Source: Octopus bimaculoides
Taxonomy: Eukaryota
Assembly: GCF_001194135.2 (NCBI RefSeq)
Contig: NC_068984.1
Coordinates: forward strand, 63,149,133 to 63,198,916
DNA: 49,784 nt
Reading direction: 5' to 3'
The notes under the pieces are model-generated. The model was not told the DNA's origin. It searched no databases and worked only from the letters and a program-made list of their open reading frames with translations. Positions 35,431 to 46,880 of this stretch are shown one piece after another (position 1 is the stretch's first letter; each line of letters starts with the position of its first letter). A program made the translations under genes and the position numbers.

Positions 35431-35670
35431 ATTCATAATTTACACGTATGTATGTATGTATATATGTATACATATATAGATATCGAAAGAACGAATATTC
35501 CTTTCCTGATTTATATAGAAGGCATAACATTTTCTGTAACAATTATATCCCATGAGTCTTGGAAACGACCAAGATGAAAGTGCTAATAAATAGTTATTCA
35601 AAATTCTGACTACCTCCTTTTTCTTAATGCACACACACCTTCATATATATATGAATGTGTGAATATATAT

Positions 35671-36178
35671 NNNNNNNNNNNNNNNNNNNNNNNNNNNNNN
35701 NNNNNNNNNNNNNNNNNNNNNNNNNNNNNNNNNNNNNNNNNNNNNNNNNNNNNNNNNNNNNNNNNNNNNNNNNNNNNNNNNNNNNNNNNNNNNNNNNNNN
35801 NNNNNNNNNNNNNNNNNNNNNNNNNNNNNNNNNNNNNNNNNNNNNNNNNNNNNNNNNNNNNNNNNNNNNNNNNNNNNNNNNNNNNNNNNNNNNNNNNNNN
35901 NNNNNNNNNNNNNNNNNNNNNNNNNNNNNNNNNNNNNNNNNNNNNNNNNNNNNNNNNNNNNNNNNNNNNNNNNNNNNNNNNNNNNNNNNNNNNNNNNNNN
36001 NNNNNNNNNNNNNNNNNNNNNNNNNNNNNNNNNNNNNNNNNNNNNNNNNNNNNNNNNNNNNNNNNNNNNNNNNNNNNNNNNNNNNNNNNNNNNNNNNNNN
36101 NNNNNNNNNNNNNNNNNNNNNNNNNNNNNNNNNNNNNNNNNNNNNNNNNNNNNNNNNNNNNNNNNNNNNNNNNNNNNN
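35671..36178. other. Assembly gap (N run)
   Basis: Directly visible. Confidence 0.99.
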
Positions 36179-36530
36179 CTGCCTCAACAAAAACCTGGAA
36201 AAATTAGGGTTCTCAAAACCTGAAAGAAAAAGACTGATTAGAAGACTACAGATTCAAGCCATCAATGGAACTGTAAAGATATGTAAAACTTTCCAAAAAT
36301 TTAGCACATAAATACATATGCATGCATCTAGACATAAACACGCATCCATAAAACAAACATACAAATCTGCGCATACACTAACACCAAATACTGCACACAC
36401 ACACATATGTACAAATACCTAGACGATGTTGATAAAAGTTCCAATGAAGGAGCCTTGAATCTATGTTAGAGTCCGGCTCTTTCTCTATGGACAAGAAATA
36501 CAGAAATGAAACTGATTGATAACATACATA
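36179..36530 (+). mobile_element. R4/Dong-like (REL-endonuclease) non-LTR element 3' end
   Basis: CLNKNLEKLGFSKPERKRLIRRLQIQAINGTVKICKTFQKFST* fits the L..LG....LQ..A..GT..I C-terminus of this group. The 3' UTR end recurs at 37832-37900. Confidence 0.6.
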
Positions 36531-36701
36531 TGAGAGCTTTTTTCACTGATGATCGAAACCAATAGGTGCGCTGCGTAAATGCTGTAATTCTTCATCTGTT
36601 AGGTTCCAAGACCCTCATTAGAGAAAACTAGAAAAGATTTGTATAAATTCTTTGTTAATTTTAATCTATCTAACACATTTCAAAACACCTACAAATATTC
36701 A

Positions 36702-36824
36702 TTTCATTCATTTTTTAAAATTTCTATTCCTATTCTTTATGATTTTCATTCATATTTTTTTATTTCTATTCCTATTCTTTTCGATTTTCATTCATATTTT
36801 TTAAATTTCTATTCCTATTCTTTA
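36702..36824. repeat. ~42-bp AT-rich tandem repeat, about 3 copies
   Basis: tttctattcctattcttt at 36721, 36763 and 36806. Confidence 0.85.
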
Positions 36825-37374
36825 CGCAATATTTTCATTAGACTTCTTTTAAATAAACGTTTTTAGTCTAAAATAGTCTAGCTTAAAATATTGCATCGTT
36901 TAGATAAGTGCTAATTCTATCTTTATTATTTTAACCTTAAACTTCATTCAAATTTTTTTTAAACGAAAAATTCGTTAAGTTGGTTTTTGCATATAATATA
37001 CGTGTTAGCTTATATGGAACGTACGGTTGATTATGGAATGTTTATTATTTTTATATTTTTAATAATATTTTTCTCTCCTTATATAATAAGTATTTTATAT
37101 ACATTCATTTGTTATTTATTGTTGGTTGATATATACATTCTTTTATTATTATTATTGTTGTATTTTGACCTGAAGATTAGCTATATTTTTGAATAGAATT
37201 GATTTTCGATAGTTTTAATCGATTTTAATCGATTTAAATTTTCTTTCTATTTGAAAATTGGTTATGAAACACGTGTAGCCGTTTTATTATCTTTATCTTA
37301 TGATATTTACTTTGTATTATATTATAGTTATTTATTGTGCTTTTACTCATTAATTTTTCTATATGTGACAGTGG

Positions 37375-37714
37375 NNNNNNNNNNNNNNNNNNNNNNNNNN
37401 NNNNNNNNNNNNNNNNNNNNNNNNNNNNNNNNNNNNNNNNNNNNNNNNNNNNNNNNNNNNNNNNNNNNNNNNNNNNNNNNNNNNNNNNNNNNNNNNNNNN
37501 NNNNNNNNNNNNNNNNNNNNNNNNNNNNNNNNNNNNNNNNNNNNNNNNNNNNNNNNNNNNNNNNNNNNNNNNNNNNNNNNNNNNNNNNNNNNNNNNNNNN
37601 NNNNNNNNNNNNNNNNNNNNNNNNNNNNNNNNNNNNNNNNNNNNNNNNNNNNNNNNNNNNNNNNNNNNNNNNNNNNNNNNNNNNNNNNNNNNNNNNNNNN
37701 NNNNNNNNNNNNNN
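37375..37714. other. Assembly gap (N run)
   Basis: Directly visible. Confidence 0.99.
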
Positions 37715-37722
37715 ATATATTA

Positions 37723-37753
<31 letters not shown>

Positions 37754-37831
37754 AAGAGAGGGACAGGTAGACAGAGTGAGAGAGAGAGAGAGAAATAGAA
37801 AGACAGATAGATATGTATATACATACATATA

Positions 37832-37900
37832 GCTTTGAATCTAGGTTAGAAACCGATTCTTTCCTATTGGTAAGAAATCTTGAAATGAAATTGAATAATG
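37832..37900 (+). mobile_element. Second copy of the R4/Dong-like 3' UTR tip
   Basis: ctttgaatctaggttagaaaccgattctttcctattggtaagaaatcttgaaatgaaattga versus ccttgaatctatgttagagtccggctctttctctatggacaagaaatacagaaatgaaactga (36453-36514). Confidence 0.55.
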
Positions 37901-37919
37901 ACATAGTTATGGTTGACAA

Positions 37920-38060
37920 GTTTCTTTCAATTTCCCTCTATCAAATCCACTCACAAGGTTTCAGTCTAGTTGGGGGTATAATATAAGACATTTGTCAAAG
38001 AAGCCATGCATTGGGATTGAACCTGGAACCATTTTGTTGAGAGGCAGACACTTGCAAGGC
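37920..38060 (-). mobile_element. tRNA-derived SINE, family A
   Basis: ttctttcaatttccctctatcaaatccactcacaagg...gggattgaacctggaaccat. Confidence 0.7.
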
Positions 38061-38289
38061 TAAGATATTAAAAAGATTGATTTTACAAAGTGTAGGTATT
38101 AAGTTTTTAATCCTATTCTACAAGACCTTGATTTTGTGTTTTTCTAATGTAACCTTAAATCAATCAAGGTATTGTGAATGAAACATGAAATTTAAACAGA
38201 AGTCCATCATGTGCGCGTGTGTGTTTCTGTCTGTCTGTCTGCATCTGTGTCTCTGTTTATTTCCAAAGCAAATTTCAGAGCTTAATGCA

Positions 38290-38372
38290 GTTCTCTCACT
38301 CTTTGGATTGTGTCGAACCATCCAACTCATGACAGCATGGAAGACAGATATCAAACGATGATGATGATGATT
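38290..38372 (+). mobile_element. Family C 3' end
   Basis: gaaccatccaactcatgacagcatggaagacagatatcaaacgatgatgatgatg. Confidence 0.65.
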
Positions 38373-38429
38373 TATAGATAGATAGATAGACAGACAGACA
38401 CACACACATATGTATGTAGTGCGTGTGAC

Positions 38430-38625
38430 ACAATTAACCCCTTCTGCTACTTGATAACTGATATTGATTTCCTTACATCCCTTGTAAGTTAGTGGTTTGG
38501 TAAAAAGTGATCAACAAAATAATTACTAGGCTTTTAATAAACTACAGGGGTCAATTTGTCTTATTACATCCATCAAAGTAATGCTCCAGCATAGCTGCAA
38601 TCCTATGAATGGAACAAGTAACAAA
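38430..38625 (-). mobile_element. Decayed family D copy
   Basis: gtaagttagtggtttggtaaaaag...caggggtcaatttg...gtaatgctccagcatagctgcaatcctatgaatggaacaagtaac. Confidence 0.55.
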
Positions 38626-38796
38626 ATTCGTTTTTAAATACAAAACAATTTTCTAATTTTGGCATAACAATGTTTACTGTCAATAGTTCTTATTTTCATT
38701 CATAAAAGTCATATGATGCACATGTATATTTGAGTGTGTAAACTGAGTACACTTCTTGTTCTGACTGTGTATTGAAGTATGTGGTCAGCCTTCATA

Positions 38797-39677
38797 TAAG
38801 AGATGGTATCAAAACGTTCCCAGACCAGTTATGTTCAATGAAACGAAAATCTTATTTCCATAAGTTTTAACAACATCTCCTTCGAAATAATCACCTTGCA
38901 TAGCAACACACTGGCCCCAGTGTTCCTGTCACTTTTGGAATCCATCCTGGAAGTCATTATCCATTAGTGAGTTGAGGACTTTCTGTGATTCACTCTGGAT
39001 TTCAACAATGGTGTTAAAACAGTGATCTTTGAGCTGCATTTTCATCTTGGGGAAGAGATGGAAGTCTGCAGGTGCTAAATTTGGGAATAGGGCAGGTGGG
39101 GAAGTGATAAAATGTTGTTTTAGGCAAGAAACTCACTAGTGAGAAAAGTTCGGTGACAAGAAGCATTGTCATTGTGAAGAATTCAATTCTTTGTGCCCCA
39201 CAGATCCAGTCACTTACACTGAAAGTTCTCCTTCAAACACTTCAAAACCTTGCACTAGAACTCTCAATGCACAATGCCATGGATGTCGAGAAACGATGAG
39301 CATGCACTTGGTGGACCTGTTGGTCTGTTGTGCATTCTTTGGTCATGGAGATGAAGTGCTCTTTCATTGTGACTACTGCTGCTTCGTCTCACAGTTGGAT
39401 CCAACACTTATCACCAGTAATGACTTCCCAAGTTTAATGCAAAATTTCCTCTTGGCTCTTTGTTCCAACTTCCTGTCCATGACAAAAATCGCAGGCCACA
39501 GCATACATGTTGTTGTTACAGATCAAATTTCACATATTGCGAGTAAACACAGTGATATTATTTGATATGCTGTCTCATTAATGGTCACTGCTAGCTTTCA
39601 CTGCGCACACAACAATATGCTGGCATGTGTTGGCACACTACAGAACTAGTCCAGGAACCCTTTGATACCACCTCATA
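38797..39677 (-). mobile_element. Internally deleted mariner (irritans-like) with both TIRs and TA target sites
   Basis: TAAGAGATGGTATCAAAACGTTCCCAGAC (38797) versus reverse complement TATGAGGTGGTATCAAAGGGTTCCTGGAC (39677). Minus translation RKLEQRA..KFCIKLGKS joined to VITGD, then TKQQ.SQ.KS, HNDNASCH, PYSPNLAPADFHLFP and GDYFEG. Confidence 0.92.
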
Positions 39678-40879
39678 AGGGTTTAAAATGACACTTTAGA
39701 AGCAGTGTCATTTTATAGCCCTTCAGTCTAATAACTGAAACAATTTACAATGGAGAAAAGAATATCTTGGGTGGAATTACTATTGAAGTTTAGCACGTGT
39801 TGTACTAAAATCAGATATAGTAATAAGTACTGTAATATGATTGTTAGTGTTTGTTTTGAGATAGAAAATGACATAACGCTTTTGTTTTCAATGTTTAAGT
39901 ATCTTTAATAATAGTATTGATTTTAGCTATAGCGAAATATATTAATATTATCACTTTTTTGTTAAGACAATACTATTGTTATGGTAAAATTCTCCAGCAG
40001 CTCGCTTTATTTATTTTCGTATCTTATTTAGTAAACTTTCGAAATGTGGAAAATATTTGATGTTTTTCATTAATAGTTATTAGCTTCTGATCTCATAGTT
40101 GTTTATCTTGCATATGAATTTTTTGAAAGATTCATATAATATTTCTGGTTTTATCTTTCAAACATTTCATTGTGTATAGGTTTAATGTGACAAATTAATT
40201 CTTAAGTCAGGGAAGGAAGTTGCTTCAATGCAAGATAATTTATACACATAAGTAAAAAGAAGATAGTATTGTAAATATGAATGCAGGCACAGAGGTTTCA
40301 TTAATAAGTTCAGTTCACAAACACCTCCTTCTGAGTTTCATCATGTTACTCATTGTCTTCTACAGAGTATCAAATAGATAACGCCATGTGAATAGAATTT
40401 GGAAGATCAAAGCTGTGCAGAAGTGAAGTACATTAATAAATCTGTGTTTCCAAGTCAAAAGAAATCTCTTTTGGGACATAAGTGCCTCCTGAATATCATT
40501 ATCAGTTTCTCTACAATGTTAATAGTTTTAAATGCAATGAGCAAGTGATTGGCCCATTAAAACTTCAGAAATCTATATCTATGAAGTAATTTATAACATG
40601 TGATATAAGATATATAATCTGAATAGCTAGTAAGATACTGGATGACATTGACAAAAAATGTTTACATAGAAATCATTGAAAAACGATGCAACTACTTAAT
40701 TGTGGAAAAAATATTTAAAACAAACTTTGTATAAGTTGATCATTTATTCTCATTATCAGTGTTCAGTAAACTTAAAAAACTATGAAATAATAGTCAAAGC
40801 TATACAAGAAACTCCATTTTTTTAGTGACTCCACCACACTTTTCCTGATATAACTATATGAATCATGTTAGTAATGATA

Positions 40880-41110
40880 CATGTCATGGCATATTAATCC
40901 TGACAGAGTTGGTCCATGTCTGAACACAAACCATCTCTTTCTTAGAAAAAGAACTGACACCAATCCTAGAATGGCATCTTTTTCTTTTTTTTCCCCCCTT
41001 ACAAGACGAAGGCCAAATTTGACTTCACTGGGATTTGAACTCAGAGTGTACACAACTGGCACAAATAACACAGGGCATTCTATCTGAAACTTTAACGTCT
41101 CTGCTAATAA
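40880..41110 (-). mobile_element. Decayed SINE, family B
   Basis: gacgaaggccaaatttgacttcactgggatttgaactcagagtgta...cacagggcattctatctgaaactttaacgtctctgcta. Confidence 0.6.
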
Positions 41111-41268
41111 AGATAGTTATATTTTTGCAGAGTCATGATAAGCATACTGGTCACATATATACCATTGTATTTCATTTTTTGCTAGTGTTATTTGAAATAA
41201 ATCCACTGCATCTCATCTTTCATTTTTGAGGGGAGAGAAGAAGGCACTTTATCATATCTAATACTATC

Positions 41269-41508
41269 ACAAAATAAAATAAATACAAATCTATATAACA
41301 AAATAAAATAAATACAAATCTATATAACAAAATAAAATAAATACAAATCTATATAACAAAATAAAATAAATACAAATCTATATAACAAAATAAAATAAAT
41401 ACAAATCTATATAACAAAATAAAATAAATACAAATCTATATAACAAAATAAAATAAATACAAATCTATATAACAAAATAAAATAAATACAAATCTATATA
41501 ACAAAATA
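41269..41508. repeat. Perfect 29-bp minisatellite, 8 copies plus a partial unit
   Basis: ACAAAATAAAATAAATACAAATCTATATA repeated from 41269 to 41500 without mismatch. Confidence 0.95.
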
Positions 41509-41867
41509 TAATAGAGATCTATGGGTATTCTTGCACTAAGAAATCGATTCGGTTTCCTCACACAATCTTATAACAAGTCATTTGCCTATAAACCCAAATA
41601 CCTTTTACCAACCACTCCTTTCTGCTTTACCCCATACCATAATTCTAGTAATAATCCCCCTCTCTCATTTTCCTTCACCCTAACGAATTCTCTGTTTTGT
41701 TACTGAGTTGTATATTGTATATACATTTCCTGTACACCCTCAATCCAATGTTTGCCATTGTGTGCAGGTGCTAGTTAATGTTACATTGCCAGCTGGGATA
41801 AACAGCTTCTATTGTCCATGTGCATGTAAGGTCTGTCATATGTAACACTGTGTCTGTACTTCTACTT

Positions 41868-41900
<33 letters not shown>

Positions 41901-42256
41901 TTCCTCTTTTTTTTTTCTCTTGTGCTGGCATGTAATTCTTTTTACAATATTCTTTACATTTCAACATGTTCCTTTTTTTTCTCTCCATATTCTTTCCTGA
42001 TTCACCTTCCTCCTCCCTAATCAAATTATTGACAATATATCTAGGCATACACAAGTACATACATACAGACATACATGTATATATATATAGAGAGAGAGAC
42101 ATGCACATATAGAAAACACACAAACATACACATATGCATGCACCATTGCACATACACACATATATATATTTATAACTATGTGTGGGTCTGATGTGTGTTA
42201 TATGTGTGTTTGTGTATGTGTATATATTATATATGTACATATATATACATATATTT

Positions 42257-42296
<40 letters not shown>

Positions 42297-42542
42297 TACA
42301 TATACATACATGCATACAAGCACACATACATATAGACATTCGTATATATATATAACAAGAAGTAAAAGGGATCTAGGCAGATATCTAGAAAGCACTCAGT
42401 TTTAAATGAATTTGGTTAACTATATCAAACAATCAGATACTGATAAATTCAAATAGAATTAACATCCAAGGTAATTCCTTATGTATAATAAGTAAATCCA
42501 AATATCGCTTAGACGTTGCTTTTAATTCTTAATTCAATTTAT

Positions 42543-43395
42543 TTTCACACGTGCTATACTACAGCACATCAGCAAGTATATTTCACTCATTTGCATGTAA
42601 ATCAAAGACCAGAGATTCAAATTGTTTCCAGATGGTCCTAGAACATGGTAATGATGAGCCACAATAATTGATGAAATATCAATACCACCACTGTCAGTGA
42701 TTCTGAGGTGAGTTGTCTCACTTGTCTGTGACATTCACATGGTTTTTAACACTCAATGTATTATAGGGGGTATTCTCTGGATGCTATAGCAAATTCAGTA
42801 TATAGACACATTTACATTGTGTATGTGTGATTGATAATGTTTGCATAACTAGACCTACTTTTTGTAATCTAATTTGCTTTCACATGTGCTATGCCTCAGT
42901 ACATCAGCAAATAGATTTCTCTCTATTTACATATGAGTCATAGACTAGATACTTGCTTCTAGCTTTATCTTTCAAATATTTCATTATATATAGGTTTAAT
43001 GCAACAAATTAATTCTTAAGTTAATAAAGGAAGTTGCTTTAATGCAAGGTACTTTATATGCATATATGTATATGTAATATAAGCAATATGAGTGATGGCA
43101 TGGATATTTTATAAAGAAGTATATTTTGATATGATCCAAATATATAATATTGAGAAGCCACAATAATGGTGAAATATCTGTATCTATCAGTGTTGGTGAT
43201 TCTGAGGCAGTTATCTCACCTGGTCTGTGACATTCAGGTGTTCTTTAACGCTCAGCATTTTGTAGGGAGCTTTCATAGACACTATCCCATAACAAATTTA
43301 GCATATAAACGGAACATATACACTGTGCATAATATGATCAATAGTGTTTACATTGCCAGAATTGCTTTTAATTGGTAATTTGATTTGACATCATA
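42543..43395. repeat. Degenerate local duplication block (segments X-Y-X'-Z-Y'), with Z also at 40148-40262
   Basis: 42655-42885 resembles 43155-43395, 42543-42625 resembles 42878-42955, and 42960-43075 resembles 40148-40262. Confidence 0.75.
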
Positions 43396-44216
43396 GTTAT
43401 ATCATACTTGTGTACTAAGTATATATATATAAATATTAAAATATTTATATATTTGTACCATACATATATTTATGTATGTGTATATATATGTGTGTATATA
43501 TATGTATGTATATATTCATGTATATATACACCATATTTTACACATACACACATTCATTATGATATTGTCTCCTATTTACAGTATCTGATGTTCTTGACAT
43601 TATTTGGCTATTTGGTGATATGTTTAGCAAAATAAGGCAGCATGGTGCTATGTAAAAGTATCATTTATTAAAAATATCTTGTATCTTTTGCAAGTACAAG
43701 AAATGATTGCTATTGCAAGTGACCCATTTCACTGCCATAAAGTAATTCAAAATACCTTTGAATTACACATCTTAGGTACCTTATGACTGGTGATAACATG
43801 AAATTACAAAATCTGTATTAAATTTATGAATCATATACCACTCAAAATAGCAAAAATCTTTTTCGAGACTTGGTTTGGTCCAGCAGGGATCCCTTAATGA
43901 AAGGTATCTGTGTCTCAAGTTGTTATCAAGCTATTGCACTTTTCGCCCCATCCAAAGAAGTAATTACGTTTTTTGATAGACATTATCATACCAACTTGAT
44001 TCATAAAGCTTTTTCTGTGGCAAAAAGTCTTTTATGAACAACTAAAATATATTGTCTGAAAAATGATGGTTAGAGTGAAAACAATATCAACTGAGAACTC
44101 ATGCTTGGTGGAAAATTTTGAAATAAAATACTGTTTAAGGTATTATGGGTTGAAATAATCAAAGACAAACTTTTATTGTTCAGTATTTCAGTTTAACACT
44201 TTGTAGCATGTTCTAG

Positions 44217-44306
44217 GAATCTAATAAGTTTCATAATGGAATTTGCATGCGTCCATACTCCAAGAAATGGAACATGAGTGGTTATGTTCTGACTAGAAAT
44301 GAAGAG
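44217..44306 (+). CDS. Candidate 90-nt internal exon (phase 0-0), product unknown
   Basis: ttctag|GAA...GAG|gtaaat encodes ESNKFHNGICMRPYSKKWNMSGYVLTRNEE with no stop. No homology recognised. Confidence 0.25.
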
Positions 44307-46785
44307 GTAAATGATACAATAGATGACAGTATTTGACATAGATCATGATCTTGTAGAAACTAAACAGAAGTCCAAAGTAAGACTTAAAATTTAGAAATCA
44401 GAATTTTTTATGTTCAAAACGTTTCTAGTCTGTCCAGCAAGAATTCGAATAAACTTTCACTTCATTGTAACATACTACAAATAAGATGCACTCTAAAACA
44501 ACATTTACTAAATTTATTTATATAGGGAGCGTGTTTTTGCATTCATTTCAGTGTTTTTTTTTATTTTTTAGTTTATCCTATACATTTCTTTGTTGTCATG
44601 TGACATCTCTGATATATAAATTTATTATTTCTCTTGCCTTTTTTGAACTAGTAGTAAGAGGACTTTTAGGAGATAATCCCAGCTACACAAACCCTCCCCC
44701 AACTATGAAGAACAAAACTTGAAAATACTGCATTCTGACACTCCTTAATTGCTTGGAGATAAATACAGAGCTTGAATGACATCCATAGCACACACACACA
44801 CACGCACTTAGTAACATTTATATTAAAAGTTATTTATTTTCAATTAGGATAAAGGAAACAACTGGATTATGATTTGCTTAAATATGCTGTGCGATGAATG
44901 CAAGAGCATTTATAAAGCTATAATTAAATGAATTAAATATATGTATGTCGTTTTGTACAATCATGTTATTAAATGCTTTCCTAAAGATGCCAAATTAATC
45001 TACATGTTTGTATGTATTTAATCTAAAAGATTTTCATCCAATTATTGTTTGTACACCTTTTATACATTTAGTTCTTAATGACATTAGCTAACACTTTTGA
45101 TAAATAATCACAAAGATTGTTAATGCATTTATTGTATAAGATTTGACACCTACTTTTTCCATGGGGCAAAGATAGATTGCTTGCATAAAGTTTGATAGGA
45201 ATTTTTCTCTAAATATTACAACCTTGCTGAAAAGGTTAAACAGAAAATCTGTCTCTCCTGAAAGAATAGAATTCCATTTCAGTTATTCAACATTATGCAC
45301 ATATAACTTGTAAATTATAGTTATTATGCTACTCTTCACATCTTGAAACAACTGCTGAAATAAGTCATTATATAATTTCTTTGCCTATAAACGTTGTCCA
45401 TTATTTTATAATCTGATTTTTTTTTTGGTGCTCCATGTAAATGTGTGTATCAAACCTGTGTTTACCGCAACCTCCATAGCAGCTTAATTTGGAGTTTTCT
45501 TATAACCACTCTTGATGCCATGGGCCTTGCCCTGGATGAAGAAGTCAGAAGTTCAGTTCACATTCATTTGAGTTCTCCTCTGTGTTATCTATACTGAGCT
45601 TGTTTAACTTTCATCAACTCATTATATAAATTATCCTTCATACATTTCCAAATACCTACTTTATTCATTCATGATCGATTATTTCAAATACCAGTCAGGT
45701 ACTTGGGCTAATATATTTAAGTATGCTATGACTGACTGGTTTCTCCCACAGAAATTTGTAACCTATTTCATGCCTCTGTTAGAAATTATTACTCTTATGT
45801 ATGGTTGTAAAACGATCATTTTATTATCTATACAGAAAATACCATATCATCTACATAAAAAAAAAACAAAATACTAAACGATTGAAACATTTGGTGTTAT
45901 TTATTTACCTTTTTTACTTCGAATGATTCTCACACCTATCTTCGTGCAGTAGCTAGTAAAAGAGAAGCTGTCAGATATCATGCGATTATTGTCAGACATA
46001 TATTTTCTTTATAGTTATCCATTATAGATTTTTTTTAGCTTCTTTCTATTTTTTTATATTCTAGTTTTACTGCACAATTTTCCCCGAACCAATTATTTTC
46101 CACTGCTGATTAAGGAATTATGATTGTTACATGCTTCACATTTTTTTTCTTTTTTCCTTTTTCTTTGGTGTCTGCAAAATTTCTCCAACATAACTACTGC
46201 ATAGGTATTTTGCTCTTGTAAGTCTATAGGTTTCATTTTTATATAAGTATGCATTATATTGTTAACTGATACTTCTCTTCACTTAGCTTATCTTCCATAT
46301 CATATTTGTTTTACTTTCTGATATTTATCTTTCTGTTTATTTATTTATTTATTTACTTTATATTGCCCAACGCATATCTCACTAACTCTTCTTTGCAATC
46401 ATATTTGCAATTTTGATTTGTAATATTGGTAAGTTTTAGTTTTATTTTTTACTTTTTTCTGTACATTTCTTATGCATTTATTTTCTGTTTCCTCTTTCTG
46501 TAAGGTTAACATGTGGGTTGCAGAAGTTATCTGAAAACATTTGCTTTGATGGGAAATTATACACTTTATTTCCTTTGATTTTTGAGATACTAATTACTTA
46601 TGTTACTGATCTGGAATATAAAAGAAAAATAAATAGTAAAAAAAAAAAATTAGAAGTTTTATCAAGAAAATATTACAATGCATGTAATAATAATAATTTC
46701 TTTCATTAGCCACTAGTGTCCAGATGTTGGGTGATAGTACAAAGGCGAAATGCAAAACAAACAAAAAAAATAATAAAAATGCGTT

Positions 46786-46841
46786 GTGTGTGTGTGTGCT
46801 TGTGTGTGTGTGCATTTGTGTGTGTGTGCGCACGTGTGTGT

Positions 46842-46874
<33 letters not shown>

Positions 46875-46880
46875 GTGTAT
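46786..46880. repeat. Imperfect (GT)n microsatellite
   Basis: Directly visible. Confidence 0.93.

Noticed and set aside
36546-36562. Second hammerhead (CTGATGATCGAAAC)
   Set aside because: Only 2 nt separate the two cores, so stem II cannot form. Other CTGATGA hits (8856, 19450) also lack the flanking structure.
41269-41508. CRISPR array (29-bp repeats)
   Set aside because: The units are contiguous with no spacers, there are no cas genes, and the context is eukaryotic.
42645-42712. C/D box snoRNA (ATGATGA...CTGA)
   Set aside because: It is short, has no terminal stem and no recognisable rRNA guide, and box C is not kept in the second copy.
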